DNA of 64,000 nucleotides from Oculina patagonica (Eukaryota): NCBI RefSeq assembly GCF_052425735.1, contig NC_135764.1, positions 7,998,001 to 8,062,000 of the forward strand, read 5' to 3'. Shown piece by piece: positions 62,122 to 64,000 of this stretch (position 1 is its first letter; each line of letters starts with the position of its first letter). The notes under the pieces were generated by a model. It saw only the letters and a program-made list of their open reading frames with translations, ran no database searches and was not told where the DNA came from. The position numbers and the translations under genes were made by a program.

Positions 62122-62205
62122 TTCTCGGAATGTCGGGAAAAGCCCCGAGAATACTTTGACCTACTTTCACTTTCCGAAGCAAACTCAACATTCGTGCTGG
62201 TAAGT
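62122..62205 (+). promoter_or_regulatory. STAT (GAS) + kB-like + IRF motif cluster followed by a splice donor, copy 2
   Basis: TTCTCGGAA 62122-62130; GGGAAAAGCCCC 62135-62146; ACTTTCACTTTC 62163-62174; GTAAGT at 62200. Confidence 0.55.
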
Positions 62206-62696
62206 ACAGCTTACTTTGTACTGTTTGTCCGATTTACTAGTCAAATGAAATTACAAGGTTTCCTGATGATCACGATATAGCTGAAAGAGCAAAGCTGTAA
62301 TGGCCAAATGCAATCGCATAAATAGCTACTACAGTACATTTGGCCATGAATCTCGTGTCTGTTTTGAAAAGGCGGAAGTATTAAATTGGCCAATTCGTTC
62401 AAGTATAAAATGAGTGCAAAAAGGATGATGAATTTTAAAAGACAACGAAGGACAGTTGCCTTTTGAAATCATAGCATTTGGCAGGCTGTCTATGAAAGTT
62501 AACTTAAATTGACAGTGAATTATTGATTTCATCTGCAACAAAAAGCGGGATGATCGATGATTTTGAGGGTATAGAACAATACCGTCTGCAACTTGCATAC
62601 GGTAACACATTAAACAAAATTTTAATTTGAATATTTTTTTCTCTAGTTTAAATTTTAAAGTTTATTAGTCAATCTGCATTTGTCTCTGTGTTGCAG

Positions 62697-62773
62697 GATA
62701 AGTCGCCTTGCGTGTTATTTCACTTTACTTCTTTTGGTTTCATTTTGAACAAAAGATCGACGATCGGATCACG
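62697..62773 (+). other. Candidate 5'-UTR exon of the peptide gene
   Basis: Pyrimidine-rich TTGCAG acceptor and ACG/GTAAGT donor. Confidence 0.5.
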
Positions 62774-62877
62774 GTAAGTTCATTTCTTGCTTCAAACGGA
62801 ACGGTCTTTTTCACTCTCATTTGAGTGTGTTGGATAATGTTTCTAAAGAATATTCGTTGATCCTGCTGTAAGGAGAG

Positions 62878-62926
62878 CAATAGACCATTTTACAGTTGTC
62901 TGCTCAGTGACCTGGCCTTTGAATGG

Positions 62927-62957
<31 letters not shown>

Positions 62958-63120
62958 CAGACCTCACTGCTTTTGTTGTGTAAATCATGTTGTTCTGATG
63001 CTCACTAGTTTGCATTTACATAATAAAGCAGGGAAGTTTGTATCAATGCAAGGTCACCTCCAGCCTCGCTACCATTCCAAGGCCAGGTTACTTGGAAGGC
63101 AACTGTAAAATGGACTATTG
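62878..63120. mobile_element. Palindromic MITE (intronic)
   Basis: CAATAGACCATTTTACAGTTG / CAACTGTAAAATGGACTATTG ends with long imperfect arms. Confidence 0.85.
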
Positions 63121-63271
63121 TCAGTTTAAAACATAAATATACCACCAGAAATTTAACATCAGATTTATTTACCGGTACCACTTTTATACTAATTTTATAA
63201 CATGACATTGCAAATAACATTAACAACAACGATGCTAACATTTATTTATTGTTATGTCGCCGCAGCTGTTT

Positions 63272-63776
63272 ATGATGAATCGTCTGGTGATTTTGCTGCT
63301 GGTTGCTGTTGCCATAGCAATGTTTGTTGCACAAAGTGAAGGTATCATAATTTTATATGGCTTGCTTTAATTGTGGATATCTTGGTGGCTATTATATTGA
63401 TGCAATCGTTTGGCAGAGGGCCAGTAACGGCTAATTGTAGCTCGGTAAACATAAATTACTCAGCTATATGTCCTTTCAGACCAAGAAGGCTAAATTTTCG
63501 CGGTTTTCGTGGAATTGCGAAATTATAAAACTTTATTAAAATCATGATTTTACATTGTTTCCTTTAATATACCAAAAATCATTTATATCAAATATCATTT
63601 GTGGACTGTACAAAATCTCCAGGCCGTTCATTCTAACTGTTTATTTTTATTCTACACCAGGAGGTAGTGGTTGTTTTGGAGCATGTCCTTCATGGTGTTC
63701 AAGCTGCCGATGTATCTGCTATCCCACCTGGCCTCCTGGCTCAGGTGTGAAGTGCGATTGGTCATGCGACTTCTAA
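63272..63776 (+). CDS. Secreted 8-cysteine peptide precursor, 61 aa, two coding exons (63272-63341, 63661-63776)
   Basis: Signal-peptide exon MMNRLVILLLVAVAIAMFVAQSE-G; phase-1 intron GTATCA...CTAAC...CAG; mature exon GSGCFGACPSWCSSCRCICYPTWPPGSGVKCDWSCDF*. Confidence 0.85.
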
Positions 63777-64000
63777 TATCCTCAAAGCTTCTAGCGTGGA
63801 GTGCAAAGGGAAATGGGTGCAACGTTTGAAGGCCAAATTAAAGAAAACGCTTTATAAAGCAGTATAACGCAAATCAAACTAAAAATATGTACAGCTGATT
63901 AAACTAATGTTAAAATAATTAAGCAGCCGTTAAAAAAGAATTTTGTTTTTGCACCTTGCATTTTTTGTCATTAAAAAAACTTATTACATGGCAGTTTTTG

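Noticed and set aside
63555-63660. N-terminal half of the 73-aa ORF, and a SCRiP label for the peptide
   Set aside because: This stretch is intron (branch point, pyrimidine tract, AG), and the Cys spacing lacks the SCRiP CCC.

Overview
Eukaryotic, AT-rich animal DNA, most likely a stony coral or other anthozoan. That taxon is inferred from the repeat families and the TPR-CHAT fragment and is not proven. The window is dominated by a tandem array of intronless class-A (rhodopsin-family) GPCR genes of about 290 aa: 12 intact ORFs and 9 pseudogenes or fragments, showing birth-and-death turnover, chimeras and a near-identical segmental duplicate (1-4834 vs 34342-39610). Between the genes lie many mobile elements: MITEs, a tRNA-derived SINE, two Penelope-like retroelement 3' ends with 5' inversions and hammerhead motifs, a CACTA-like element, and a probable Polinton/Maverick terminus. 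Three things stand out that the ORF track misses. (1) Four sequence-unrelated elements share one architecture: a long terminal hairpin whose recurring mismatches are tandem GA/GA pairs on one strand, capped by a C-GNA-G or C-GNNA-G loop. This points to a strand-specific ssDNA-hairpin mobilisation substrate. (2) A two-coding-exon gene encodes a 61-aa secreted peptide with an unusual 8-Cys framework, preceded by a duplicated STAT + NF-kB + IRF motif module. (3) A six-exon, phase-consistent fragment of an unidentified gene lies on the minus strand inside the GPCR duplication unit. There is an assembly gap at 55231-55403.
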